The notes under the pieces: model-generated
The model's input: the letters and a program-made list of their open reading frames with translations, nothing else
Told to the model about the DNA's origin: nothing
The model's database searches: none
Shown: piece by piece, positions 9,780-17,011 of the stretch
How positions within the stretch are numbered: position 1 is the first letter of the stretch
How the letters are laid out: every line of letters starts with the position of its first letter
DNA from: Candidatus Magasanikiibacteriota bacterium
GTDB lineage: Bacteria; Patescibacteriota; Patescibacteriia; Magasanikbacterales; GWA2-37-8
Length of the DNA: 64,000 bases
Direction of reading: 5' to 3'
Assembly (NCBI GenBank): GCA_041665405.1
Contig: JBAYIZ010000001.1
Location: 90,618-154,617, forward strand
Made by a program: the position numbers and the translations under genes

Positions 9780-11216
9780 ATGGAGCCGATTACTTTTTCA
9801 TCCACTTTTGGCTTTTCGATCAATTGGGAGTTTTGGTCTTGGATGTTTTCTCAGCCACCTGCCGATTTGATTGCATATTTGTTCGCCATTATTGGTTGGG
9901 TAATTTTGGTTTTGATTTGTGTTAGTTTGGGGTCACAACTGTTGGCGCTTTATCGAGCAAAAAAAGCGGATGGTCAGTGGGAGTGGGTGTTGTTGGCCGT
10001 CGATGTACCGCCATTATTTATTCAATCACCAAAAGCCGTAGAGCAGATTTTTGCTCATCTTAGTGGGGCAAAAGTTAGTATTCGTTTGTCAGAAAAATAC
10101 TGGATTGGTAAACGACAGAAAAATTTTAGTTTTGAAATAATTTCTATTGAAGGTTATATACAGTTTTTAATTCGTACTGAAATAGCTTATCGCGATCTAG
10201 TAGAGGCGGCGGTTTACGCTCAGTATCCAGAGGCAGAAATTACCGAGGTGGAGGATTATGTGGATATGATTCCAGGATCTTACCCAAGTGCAACCCACCA
10301 TATGTTTGGAGTAGAATTCCAATTAGCTGATGTTGATGCTTATCCTATTCGTACTTATCCAAACTTTGAATATAAAATTAGTAAAGACGAAGTTTTTAGC
10401 GATCCAATGGCAGCGATTTTGGAAAATTTTTCACGTATTGGGCATGGCGAACATTTTTGGTTACAGATCATTATTGAACCAGTCGGTAATGATTGGAAAA
10501 CAAAAGGTATCCAGTTGGTAAAGGATATTATTGCCGGTCATATTGGTCATCATGGAAATTTCTGGGGTGATGTAGTAGCTATGATTGGGAATATTCCGCT
10601 GGCTATTATGAAGGAATTTTTTAAATATTTGAATGCCTCAGAACATGAAGAAGAGGAAGTTCACAAGGAAATGCCTGGCAAATTGACCGATGTATCTCCA
10701 GGTGGAAAAAGCACCATCGAGGCGATTGAGGACAAGATTGCCAAATTAGGTTTCAAAACCAAGATTCGCGCTTTGTATGTGGCGAGAAATGAAGTTTTTA
10801 ATCCTACCCGTTGTGTAGATGGTTTTATTGGTTCACTTAACCAATTTCATATTCAAAGTCGCAATGCAATTATCCCGCGTTTTATTACGCATACTCATTT
10901 TCTTTTTTACAACCACATGAGAGAGATCTGGGTACAAAATAAATTTTTTAAAGCTTTTGCCAAGAGAAAAATAAAAGTGGGTGGTACTCCTTATATTTTA
11001 AATATCGAAGAGCTGGCAACACTGTGGCATTTCCCATTACCGTTTGTGAAGACTCCGCTTGTACAAAAGGCTGGTGCCAAACGTGGCGAACCACCAATGA
11101 ACTTGCCGATAGAAGTGGAATCTGGACCGCTAAGACCAAAGGTGAGGCCGACTGGACAGGTTGGGGAGACTGTAGAGGTTCCGGAGCAGGAACCAGAGGA
11201 ATTGTTATATGGATAG
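9780..11216 (+). CDS. ATPase-less paralog of the N-terminal (membrane plus middle) domain of the T4SS coupling-protein-like gene at 21153-23714
   Basis: Alignable blocks with the 853-aa protein: AQYPEAEIT/AQYPHAEIT, DPMAAILENFSRI/DPLVAILNPLSKM, FWLQIIIEPVGNDWKTKGIQLVKDI/ALIQFIVRPATSHWRKQGVHMIRDI, ATLWHFP/AGLWHMP. It stops exactly where the Walker-A ATPase begins in the paralog. Confidence 0.75.
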   Translation: MEPITFSSTFGFSINWEFWSWMFSQPPADLIAYLFAIIGWVILVLICVSLGSQLLALYRAKKADGQWEWVLLAVDVPPLFIQSPKAVEQIFAHLSGAKVSIRLSEKYWIGKRQKNFSFEIISIEGYIQFLIRTEIAYRDLVEAAVYAQYPEAEITEVEDYVDMIPGSYPSATHHMFGVEFQLADVDAYPIRTYPNFEYKISKDEVFSDPMAAILENFSRIGHGEHFWLQIIIEPVGNDWKTKGIQLVKDIIAGHIGHHGNFWGDVVAMIGNIPLAIMKEFFKYLNASEHEEEEVHKEMPGKLTDVSPGGKSTIEAIEDKIAKLGFKTKIRALYVARNEVFNPTRCVDGFIGSLNQFHIQSRNAIIPRFITHTHFLFYNHMREIWVQNKFFKAFAKRKIKVGGTPYILNIEELATLWHFPLPFVKTPLVQKAGAKRGEPPMNLPIEVESGPLRPKVRPTGQVGETVEVPEQEPEELLYG

Positions 11217-11234
11217 AGAGGTGGAAAACAAAAA

Positions 11235-11335
11235 ACACCACCTACATAATGACTTTTTCGCTTTTTTCACCCGCGAGGGTGAAAGGATGAGCCTCGGGCT
11301 CATAACCCGCTCAAAAGTAATTATGTAGGTGGTGT
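11235..11335. repeat. Copy 1 of a ~62-nt GC-rich structured element (core 11253-11315) nested inside a 16-bp inverted repeat (ACACCACCTACATAAT / ATTATGTAGGTGGTGT)
   Basis: Core CTTTTTCGCTTTTTT-CACCC-GCGA-GGGTG-AAAGG-ATGAGCC-TCG-GGCTCAT-AACCCGCTCAAA is shared with 21043-21104. Hairpin 1 shows compensatory substitutions (CACCC/GGGTG versus TTGCCC/GGGCAA) around a GCGA tetraloop. Confidence 0.6.
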
Positions 11336-11373
11336 TTTTTTGTTTGTGTTTAGCGAAAATAGTGGGTGTGACA

Positions 11374-11402
11374 TTGACAAAAGAGGTGATTTGTGTTATA
11401 CT
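11374..11402 (+). promoter_or_regulatory. Sigma70-type promoter (TTGACA, 17-nt spacer, extended -10 TGTTATACT) driving the high-GC small ORF
   Basis: TTGACAaaagaggtgatttgtgtTATACT, followed by a structured ~140-nt leader (three hairpins) before the ATG at 11547. Confidence 0.5.
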
Positions 11403-11479
11403 GATTTGTTATTTGAAAATTTAATCAAATTTGACCGGTATCTAATTGTGTTGAGTAATCTCAATAGAATTTGGTACCG

Positions 11480-11960
11480 GTTTCGAGTGTCTTTCCCGCC
11501 GCATACTTTGCGGCCCATCCGGCGCTCATTGCGCCAGAGGTACGAGATGAGCCTGTTTTTCTTCTTCGCTCTGATGTCGATCGTCGCCAACGCTTTGACC
11601 TTCAAGGGGAAGAAATTCTCCTGGTGGGGGTTCGCGTTTGTCTTCGTGGGAGGGGCGCTCGCGGCTGTCGCGTTTTCGGAGAGCCGGGAACTGCCGATCC
11701 TCGACCACTCGTGGCAGGTCGCCGCCAGCTGGGCAGGCCTGTCCGGACTGATCGGACCGGTCGTTCAGGTGGCGTGGTTCTCCACGAACCCGCCCAAGTG
11801 CTCCGAGTGCGGGCGCAGCTGTTCCACCCACGAGAAGGTGGCGCGCATCTAGGTTTTTTGGACTTTTTCCTCCCCGAGTAAAATCGGGGGCAGTGTCGCA
11901 GACGGTCGAGCTAGTTTATTTAGCTCCCATCTGTGCCTGAAAAAAGTCCGCAATCCCTGA
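11480..11960. other. Compositionally anomalous high-GC cassette 1
   Basis: Abrupt shift from AT-rich host sequence to GC-rich sequence with GC-ending codons. Bounded by a host-like promoter at 11374 and the terminator at 11993. Confidence 0.6.
11547..11852 (+). CDS. Small (101 aa) membrane protein encoded by a GC-rich foreign-looking gene
   Basis: ATG at 11547 with an AGAGG Shine-Dalgarno 10 nt upstream. Product MSLFFFFALMSIVANALTFKGKKFSWWGFAFVFVGGALAAVAFSE... has 2-3 TM helices and a CSECGRSC tail. Codon usage is GC3-rich, unlike its neighbours. Confidence 0.6.
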   Translation: MSLFFFFALMSIVANALTFKGKKFSWWGFAFVFVGGALAAVAFSESRELPILDHSWQVAASWAGLSGLIGPVVQVAWFSTNPPKCSECGRSCSTHEKVARI

Positions 11961-11992
11961 GTGTCTAAAATATTTAGATATTGAGGAAAACA

Positions 11993-12022
11993 AAAAATCA
12001 CCATTTAATTGGTGATTTTTTG
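11993..12022. terminator. Bidirectional intrinsic terminator
   Basis: AAAAAATCACCA-TTTAAT-TGGTGATTTTTT, lying between the + strand cassette and the - strand gene ending at 12034. Confidence 0.65.
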
Positions 12023-12033
12023 TTTGTGTTTTT

Positions 12034-12555
12034 TTATTTTGTTTCTTGAACAATAGTTTTTGGTGATAGATTTTTTATCATTTCATATCCGCCTACCAGA
12101 CAAGTTACAAAAAAGATATTACCTAATAATTCATTTCGGAAAAAGGGAAGTGCCATATAATAACTTTGAACTAAGCCAGATAAATCGTGTGTGTACATTG
12201 TTCCAAAAGCCCAGACAGCTGTGTTGGTCAAAAGAAAGAAAACTACACTACCAGCGAATGTACTCAATGCAACATTGGTGAATTTAATATTATTGCGAAT
12301 TGCGCGTCCGATTAATACCACTAACAAGAAACCGATATACACCGAAGCCATAATATAAATACTATAAAATCCAATAAAGATGTCGCTGATAAACATTGCA
12401 ACTATTGGTAACCATAATGATTCTTTTTTTGTTAAATACAGTCCACCAAATAAAGCGATGGCACCAATAGCGGTAAAATTTGCTGGGTGCGGTACAAAAC
12501 GAGTAGCGATGGCTAGGATGATGAGAAGATAAGTGAGGACATTTTTGTTTATCAT
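12034..12555 (-). CDS. Small polytopic membrane protein (5-6 TM) resembling an ECF-transporter S-component. It could be a corrinoid- or vitamin-specific substrate-capture subunit.
   Basis: 173 aa, wholly hydrophobic helices, size and topology typical of ECF S components. It lies downstream on the same strand as the DUF4430 / transcobalamin-like genes. The functional assignment is inference. Confidence 0.4.
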   Translation of the reverse strand: MINKNVLTYLLIILAIATRFVPHPANFTAIGAIALFGGLYLTKKESLWLPIVAMFISDIFIGFYSIYIMASVYIGFLLVVLIGRAIRNNIKFTNVALSTFAGSVVFFLLTNTAVWAFGTMYTHDLSGLVQSYYMALPFFRNELLGNIFFVTCLVGGYEMIKNLSPKTIVQETK

Positions 12556-12573
12556 AGGTTATTATTTTTTAGT

Positions 12574-12635
12574 GTCATTCCCGTGAAAACGGGAATCAAT
12601 ATTAAATGCTGGATTCCCGTTTTCACGGGAATGAC
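12574..12635. promoter_or_regulatory. Leader/operator with two GNRA-type hairpins (TTCCCGT-GAAA-ACGGGAA and TTCCCGT-TTTC-ACGGGAA) whose outer 24-nt arms are mutually complementary
   Basis: GTCATTCCCGTGAAAACGGGAATC ... GATTCCCGTTTTCACGGGAATGAC. It lies between the -10 box at 12645-12650 and the start codon at 12555, so it is transcribed as the 5' leader of the membrane-protein gene. Confidence 0.55.
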
Positions 12636-12644
12636 GTGAACTAT

Positions 12645-12673
12645 ATTATACCATATTGCGCAGTAGTCTCAAA
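12645..12673 (-). promoter_or_regulatory. Sigma70-type promoter (minus strand) for the 12034-12555 gene
   Basis: On the minus strand: TTGAGA, 17-nt spacer, extended -10 TGGTATAAT. Confidence 0.5.
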
Positions 12674-14544
12674 CCTAGGTAAACACCTACCGCTAGAGCA
12701 CTTCCACCAGTTATTGCCAAGATTCTTTTGGCATGTTTTTTGGTGGGAGTATCCAAAGGTAAATCATCAATAATTTTATTTTCATTTTTAGTAGTTTCAG
12801 CTGAGTTCAAAGTAAACGTGGATGTTGGTATAGTTGTTTTTGGCTTTTTGGTTTCTGTTCTATTAGTCGTAGTCACTGGTTTGTTAGTTTTTGTATTTGT
12901 TATTTTTATTCCAGCAACTTGATTATTTATAGAAGAAATATTTACAGTAGTAGTTGCGACTGTTAATGTTGAAGTGGTAGCTAGAGTAGTGGTAGTGGTT
13001 AGAGTTGTTGTGGCGACTGTTGTAGTGACTATTAATGTACTTGTCACGTTTAAAGTGGTAGAGACTACTGAAGGTAAATTTGCCGAACCGCCGCCTTGGT
13101 TTTGATTATTATTGCTTTTTAATTGTGGTTCCAAAATTACCGGCCAATTTTTTCTCAACAAAGCTGGCACAGCATGTTTAGTAGCAAACCAATCAACACC
13201 ATCACTACTCCAAGCAGAGTTGTAGTGATCAGTACCATCTAGATTGGTAAGAATATACCAAGGATTTTTTCCAGCCGAATTAAACCAGTCACTTTGTGTT
13301 TTTCCTAAAGCGTTTATTCCCATTACCACCCAGCTGGTAGTGAGGGCATCAGAAGTGTTATTACACCAAGTGACATCATAACACCAACCACCATCGGAGA
13401 GTTGTGCACTTTTTAAATATTGTTCCGCTTTGGTAAAAATATTTTCATCAATATTTACCCCTTTATTTTGAACATATTTCAAGGCGTTAATAGCCGCCCC
13501 AGTAATATCTGAACTGGCCGCTCCCCAAGAAATAAAGGCGCCACTAGTCTGGTTTTGGTTGGCTGTAATTCCGTTTATGGTTGCTAAGACAGCTGGAGAG
13601 TCATTGCTTTCGTCGATCGCTTTCAAGGCAATTAGTCCAAAGACGTCATCATTTATTCCATCTTCTCCATAAGCGCCACTAACAACACACGTGTCATTGA
13701 TTTTATTTTTTAGATCAATAATTTTGGTATCAGTTTTGGATATGCCAGAAGCCAGAAGAGCTAAAATGTGGCGGGGATAACCGGCACATAAATTATTGTC
13801 AGAGGCGGAGGTAATAGTAAAGTTATGTATGTAATCTTTTAGGCTGGTAGTGCTATTTTTAATCGTATCAGAAAATATTCCTTTACTACCAAATGTCATT
13901 GCCGCCCAATCAGAGATTCCACTATCCAAAATCATTCCATCAGCACTTTGTTTTGATTTTAAGAAATTGACTAATTTGTTTACGCTATCGTTTATCTGAC
14001 TGTCAGTAATTAAAATGTTTGAATTGCCTCCACCACCACTGTTATCTCCACCAGAGTTGTCGCCAGAGTCATCAGTAGAAGTAGCTGTGGTAATAGTTGA
14101 TGTGGTCAAAGAAAAATCGCTATAATCTGTATCGTTGAATTCACGCACTTGAAAAAAATATTCAGTATTTGGTGTTAAATCAAAAAAGGTGGTACTAGTA
14201 TTGATAGTGCTAAAACTGGATGTAATAGTGGAACTTACTTCATATGAGGTGGCATCGATTATGTCGTTCCAAAATAGAGTAATAGTAGATGTCGTTGCTG
14301 AGATAGTCGTGATGTTTGGAGTGGAGGTGGTCTTTAGGATATTTTCAGTTGTTGTAGAAAAATCTGCAGCAGGTGGTGTTGTAGTGGATACAAGATCCAA
14401 GATAGTGGTAGTCGTAGAAGCAACAATGTCGTCAGTTATTGGTGTATCAAGAATTTCCGCATTAGCGCTACTAATGTTTCCAACTAGTATTACTATTGAA
14501 AAAAAAGTTAAAATTACTATTATTTTAAAATTTAGAGTGTTCAT
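12646..14544 (-). CDS. Cell-surface protein with signal peptide, fibronectin-III-like domain, prenyltransferase/terpene-cyclase-like alpha/alpha-toroid domain (QW motifs), Thr-rich stalk and a C-terminal TM anchor
   Basis: N-terminal signal peptide (MNTLNFKIIVILTFFSIVILVGNISSANA). FN3-like segment (TEYFFQVREFN). QxxDGGW-type motifs (KSAQLSDGGWCY, KQSADGMILDSG, QTSGAFISWG). Long T/S-rich low-complexity tract. C-terminal hydrophobic helix plus KR tail. Confidence 0.75.
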   Translation of the reverse strand: MNTLNFKIIVILTFFSIVILVGNISSANAEILDTPITDDIVASTTTTILDLVSTTTPPAADFSTTTENILKTTSTPNITTISATTSTITLFWNDIIDATSYEVSSTITSSFSTINTSTTFFDLTPNTEYFFQVREFNDTDYSDFSLTTSTITTATSTDDSGDNSGGDNSGGGGNSNILITDSQINDSVNKLVNFLKSKQSADGMILDSGISDWAAMTFGSKGIFSDTIKNSTTSLKDYIHNFTITSASDNNLCAGYPRHILALLASGISKTDTKIIDLKNKINDTCVVSGAYGEDGINDDVFGLIALKAIDESNDSPAVLATINGITANQNQTSGAFISWGAASSDITGAAINALKYVQNKGVNIDENIFTKAEQYLKSAQLSDGGWCYDVTWCNNTSDALTTSWVVMGINALGKTQSDWFNSAGKNPWYILTNLDGTDHYNSAWSSDGVDWFATKHAVPALLRKNWPVILEPQLKSNNNQNQGGGSANLPSVVSTTLNVTSTLIVTTTVATTTLTTTTTLATTSTLTVATTTVNISSINNQVAGIKITNTKTNKPVTTTNRTETKKPKTTIPTSTFTLNSAETTKNENKIIDDLPLDTPTKKHAKRILAITGGSALAVGVYLGLRLLRNMV

Positions 14545-15124
14545 ATTTCCAAGTTATTAAATCATTATTTTTTAAAATATATGAGGAAATGCCGATTTTG
14601 GCCGGTTGGCCGTTGATATAATAAATCCAGTATTCGCCAGTTTGGTTATTATTTTTTTGACCGTCAATTTCTTCTAAGAAATATCCAACACCTTTGTATT
14701 CTTTAAAAATTGCACTAATTTTTTTATCGGTAATTAATTTTTGCATAGCGTTGTAGCCAGTTGAATTTTCAGGAAGGTTCAGGGTGTATAGTTTGTCGAT
14801 TATTTTGATTGTGACATTGAGTGGATACTTGATTTCTTCTTTGTTAATAGTTTCGACAGTTGTGGTTGATTTGATTTCGTTTTCGACATTTGTTTTTTCA
14901 ATTTTTTCATTATCAAGCGGTTGGTTGGATTCAGTTACCAGTGTTTGGGCTGGTTGATTATCTGAGATAATAGTATTGGTAGTCACATCCGTCCAAGTGA
15001 TATTTTGTGGCGTTGGTTTAGGTGTCTCTATATTCGGTTTATCTGGTAATAGTAGATAGGCGCCAGTGGACAAGAACAAGAATGTAAGAATAAAGAATAG
15101 GCGGACAAGGTGTTTGTTTTGCAT
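14525..15124 (-). CDS. Secreted DUF4430-like (transcobalamin beta-domain-like) protein
   Basis: Signal/TM N-terminus. C-terminal ~80 aa (GEYWIYYINGQPAKIGISSYILKNNDLITWKY) match the DUF4430 pattern G..W.Y.VNG...G...L.DGD.I.W.Y. Overlaps the downstream gene by 20 nt, indicating an operon. Confidence 0.55.
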   Translation of the reverse strand: MQNKHLVRLFFILTFLFLSTGAYLLLPDKPNIETPKPTPQNITWTDVTTNTIISDNQPAQTLVTESNQPLDNEKIEKTNVENEIKSTTTVETINKEEIKYPLNVTIKIIDKLYTLNLPENSTGYNAMQKLITDKKISAIFKEYKGVGYFLEEIDGQKNNNQTGEYWIYYINGQPAKIGISSYILKNNDLITWKYEHSKF

Positions 15125-15325
15125 AAATTATTTTGGAGTTAAAAAAAATCCTTCCCGAGACGAAAAGATTCTAAAAGAGAAGATTCCTGCTCGGGATGGC
15201 TGTTATTTGAAGACCGGACTTGTTCCCGATTGAATCGGGACTTTACCGTTGCGGCACAGTGGAGGAATTGACCTCACTTCCACAAATAACACGTAAATTG
15301 TCTTGTTAGTACACTATCAGCCTTA
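15125..15325 (-). promoter_or_regulatory. Structured ~200-nt 5' leader, candidate cobalamin-riboswitch-like element, upstream of the DUF4430 gene
   Basis: Minus-strand RNA contains GGAAGUGAGGUCAAUUCCUCCACUGUGCCGCAACGG..., resembling the cobalamin-riboswitch core (GGGAAG..GGUGAGAAUCC..CCACUGUG). Followed by a UCCCGA-UUCAA-UCGGGA hairpin and CCCGAG...CUCGGG plus a U8 run just before the start codon. Not all canonical stems or the B12 box were convincingly found. Confidence 0.35.
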
Positions 15326-16042
15326 TCAAACTTTGTCAAAACGAGTTGTGCACAGTCGAAAAATCGTGATAAAAAATTCGACAATATCTTTGTTGGATAA
15401 TTTGGATAGTCCCATTGCGCGATCCTTGAAAGTTACTGGTATTTCTTTAATTTGGAATTTATTTTTTTGTGTGCGATACAACATTTCTTCTTGAAATGCA
15501 TAACCATTACTTTTGACATTGTCCAAATTTATTTTTTCCAATACTTCGCGTCGGTAACAACGAAAACCGGCAGTAACGTCTTTGACTTTCAAACGTAAAA
15601 TTATTCGAGCAACCACCATCGCTCCCTGACTCATCAATTTTCTTTTAAAATTCCAACCAATAATTTTTCCACCATTTATTTTTCTCGAACCGATGGCTAG
15701 ATGAAAGCCGTTGGCACAAGTTTCGATTAAGCGCGGTATATCTTTTGGATCATGAGAAAAATCAGCATCCATTTCCAATATAAACTCGGCGCCTAGGGCT
15801 AAGGCTTTTTTGAATCCCGCTATATAGGCGCTACCAAGTCCTAATTTGTTGTAGCGTTTGATTAGGTAAAGATTGGGGTAGGATTTCTGAGCTTCAGCTA
15901 CTAGTTCAGCAGTTTTATCAGGAGAATTGTCATCCACAACTATAATCTGCAAATTGTTTATTGATTGAGCAAAAATATCATTGATAAGGTTTACAATATT
16001 GTCCCGTTCATTATAAGTGGGTATGACGACAATAGTCTTCAT
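15326..16042 (-). CDS. Family 2 glycosyltransferase, polyprenol-phosphate mannose/glucose synthase-like (Dpm1-type)
   Basis: VVIPTYNERDNI, VVDDNSPDKT, EMDADFSHDP motifs, 238 aa. Confidence 0.85.
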   Translation of the reverse strand: MKTIVVIPTYNERDNIVNLINDIFAQSINNLQIIVVDDNSPDKTAELVAEAQKSYPNLYLIKRYNKLGLGSAYIAGFKKALALGAEFILEMDADFSHDPKDIPRLIETCANGFHLAIGSRKINGGKIIGWNFKRKLMSQGAMVVARIILRLKVKDVTAGFRCYRREVLEKINLDNVKSNGYAFQEEMLYRTQKNKFQIKEIPVTFKDRAMGLSKLSNKDIVEFFITIFRLCTTRFDKV

Positions 16043-16043
16043 A

Positions 16044-16898
16044 TTATTTTTTTATATTATGTTTGGCGCAGAGTACGGTATTTTGTAATAGTAGCGCCAC
16101 AGTGATCGGTCCGACTCCACCAGGAGTAGGAGTGAAGTAACTAGATTTTGGTAAAACTTCTTCTCTGTTAGAATCACCGTACATTTTTCCATTTTCAAAA
16201 ACAATACCAGTATCAATAATGATTGCACCTGGTTTGACCATATCACCGCGTAACAAATCTTTTTTTCCAACTCCGGTTACAATGACATCCGCCATCAAAC
16301 ATTTTTCTTTGATATCGCGAGTGCGACTATTACAGGTGATAACACTGGCTCCTTCATTTGATAAAATAATTGCCAACGGTTTCCCAACTAGCGCACCCAT
16401 ACCGACGATGGTAATATTTTTTCCTGCAATTTCACAATTTATTTCTTTCAAAATAGTGATAACTGCATAAGGAGTAGGTGGAAAGATGTAGTTGGTCCGC
16501 ATGACCAATTTTCCGATATTGGTGTCAGTCAAGCAATCCACGTCTATGCTAGGGTCAACTGCATTTAGTACTTCAGACACATAAAGTTTTTCTGGCAAAG
16601 GAAGCTGAATTATCAAGCCAGACAACCTTTCCTTTTTTTGTATCTTTTTTATTTCTTCCACAAGTTTGTTTTTGTAAATAGTGGCTGGAAATGTTTTTAA
16701 TACAAAACCAATTCCAGCAGTTTCAGCGGCCTGTTGTTTTTTTTCAACGTAAGTCTGAGATGGCTTATCATTGCCAACCAAAATCACACCAAGTTTTGGT
16801 TTGATGTTTTTCTTTTTTAATTTTTTTACGTCCATTGCGACTGAAGTTCGTATTTTTGCGGCAATGGCTAGGCCGTCAATAAGTTGTCCCATAGTCAC
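16044..16898 (-). CDS. folD: Bifunctional methylenetetrahydrofolate dehydrogenase / methenyl-THF cyclohydrolase
   Basis: 284 aa. Rossmann GxGxxVG (VGMGALVGKPLA) and a C-terminal PGGVGPITVALL signature. Confidence 0.9.
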   Translation of the reverse strand: MTMGQLIDGLAIAAKIRTSVAMDVKKLKKKNIKPKLGVILVGNDKPSQTYVEKKQQAAETAGIGFVLKTFPATIYKNKLVEEIKKIQKKERLSGLIIQLPLPEKLYVSEVLNAVDPSIDVDCLTDTNIGKLVMRTNYIFPPTPYAVITILKEINCEIAGKNITIVGMGALVGKPLAIILSNEGASVITCNSRTRDIKEKCLMADVIVTGVGKKDLLRGDMVKPGAIIIDTGIVFENGKMYGDSNREEVLPKSSYFTPTPGGVGPITVALLLQNTVLCAKHNIKK

Positions 16899-17011
16899 CT
16901 AATTATGACCATATTTTAACATAACTTAATAAAAAAATCCAGTATTGATTGTTGGAAGTGAATGTTTTTAGTATAGATGCTCGGTCTTTTTTTCAAGAGC
17001 GAACAGGTTAT

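Noticed and set aside
11285-11310. Possible hammerhead ribozyme core (GGATGAG...)
   Set aside because: The essential CUGAUGA box is not present (AGGAUGA instead), and no GAAA/stem III arrangement follows. Treated as an unclassified structured element.
11289-11330. Mini-ORF MSLGLITRSK... beginning at the ATGAGCC of the repeated element (both copies)
   Set aside because: The reading frames diverge immediately after the shared core (stop after 13 codons in copy 1, long read-through in copy 2). Conservation follows base-pairing, not codons.
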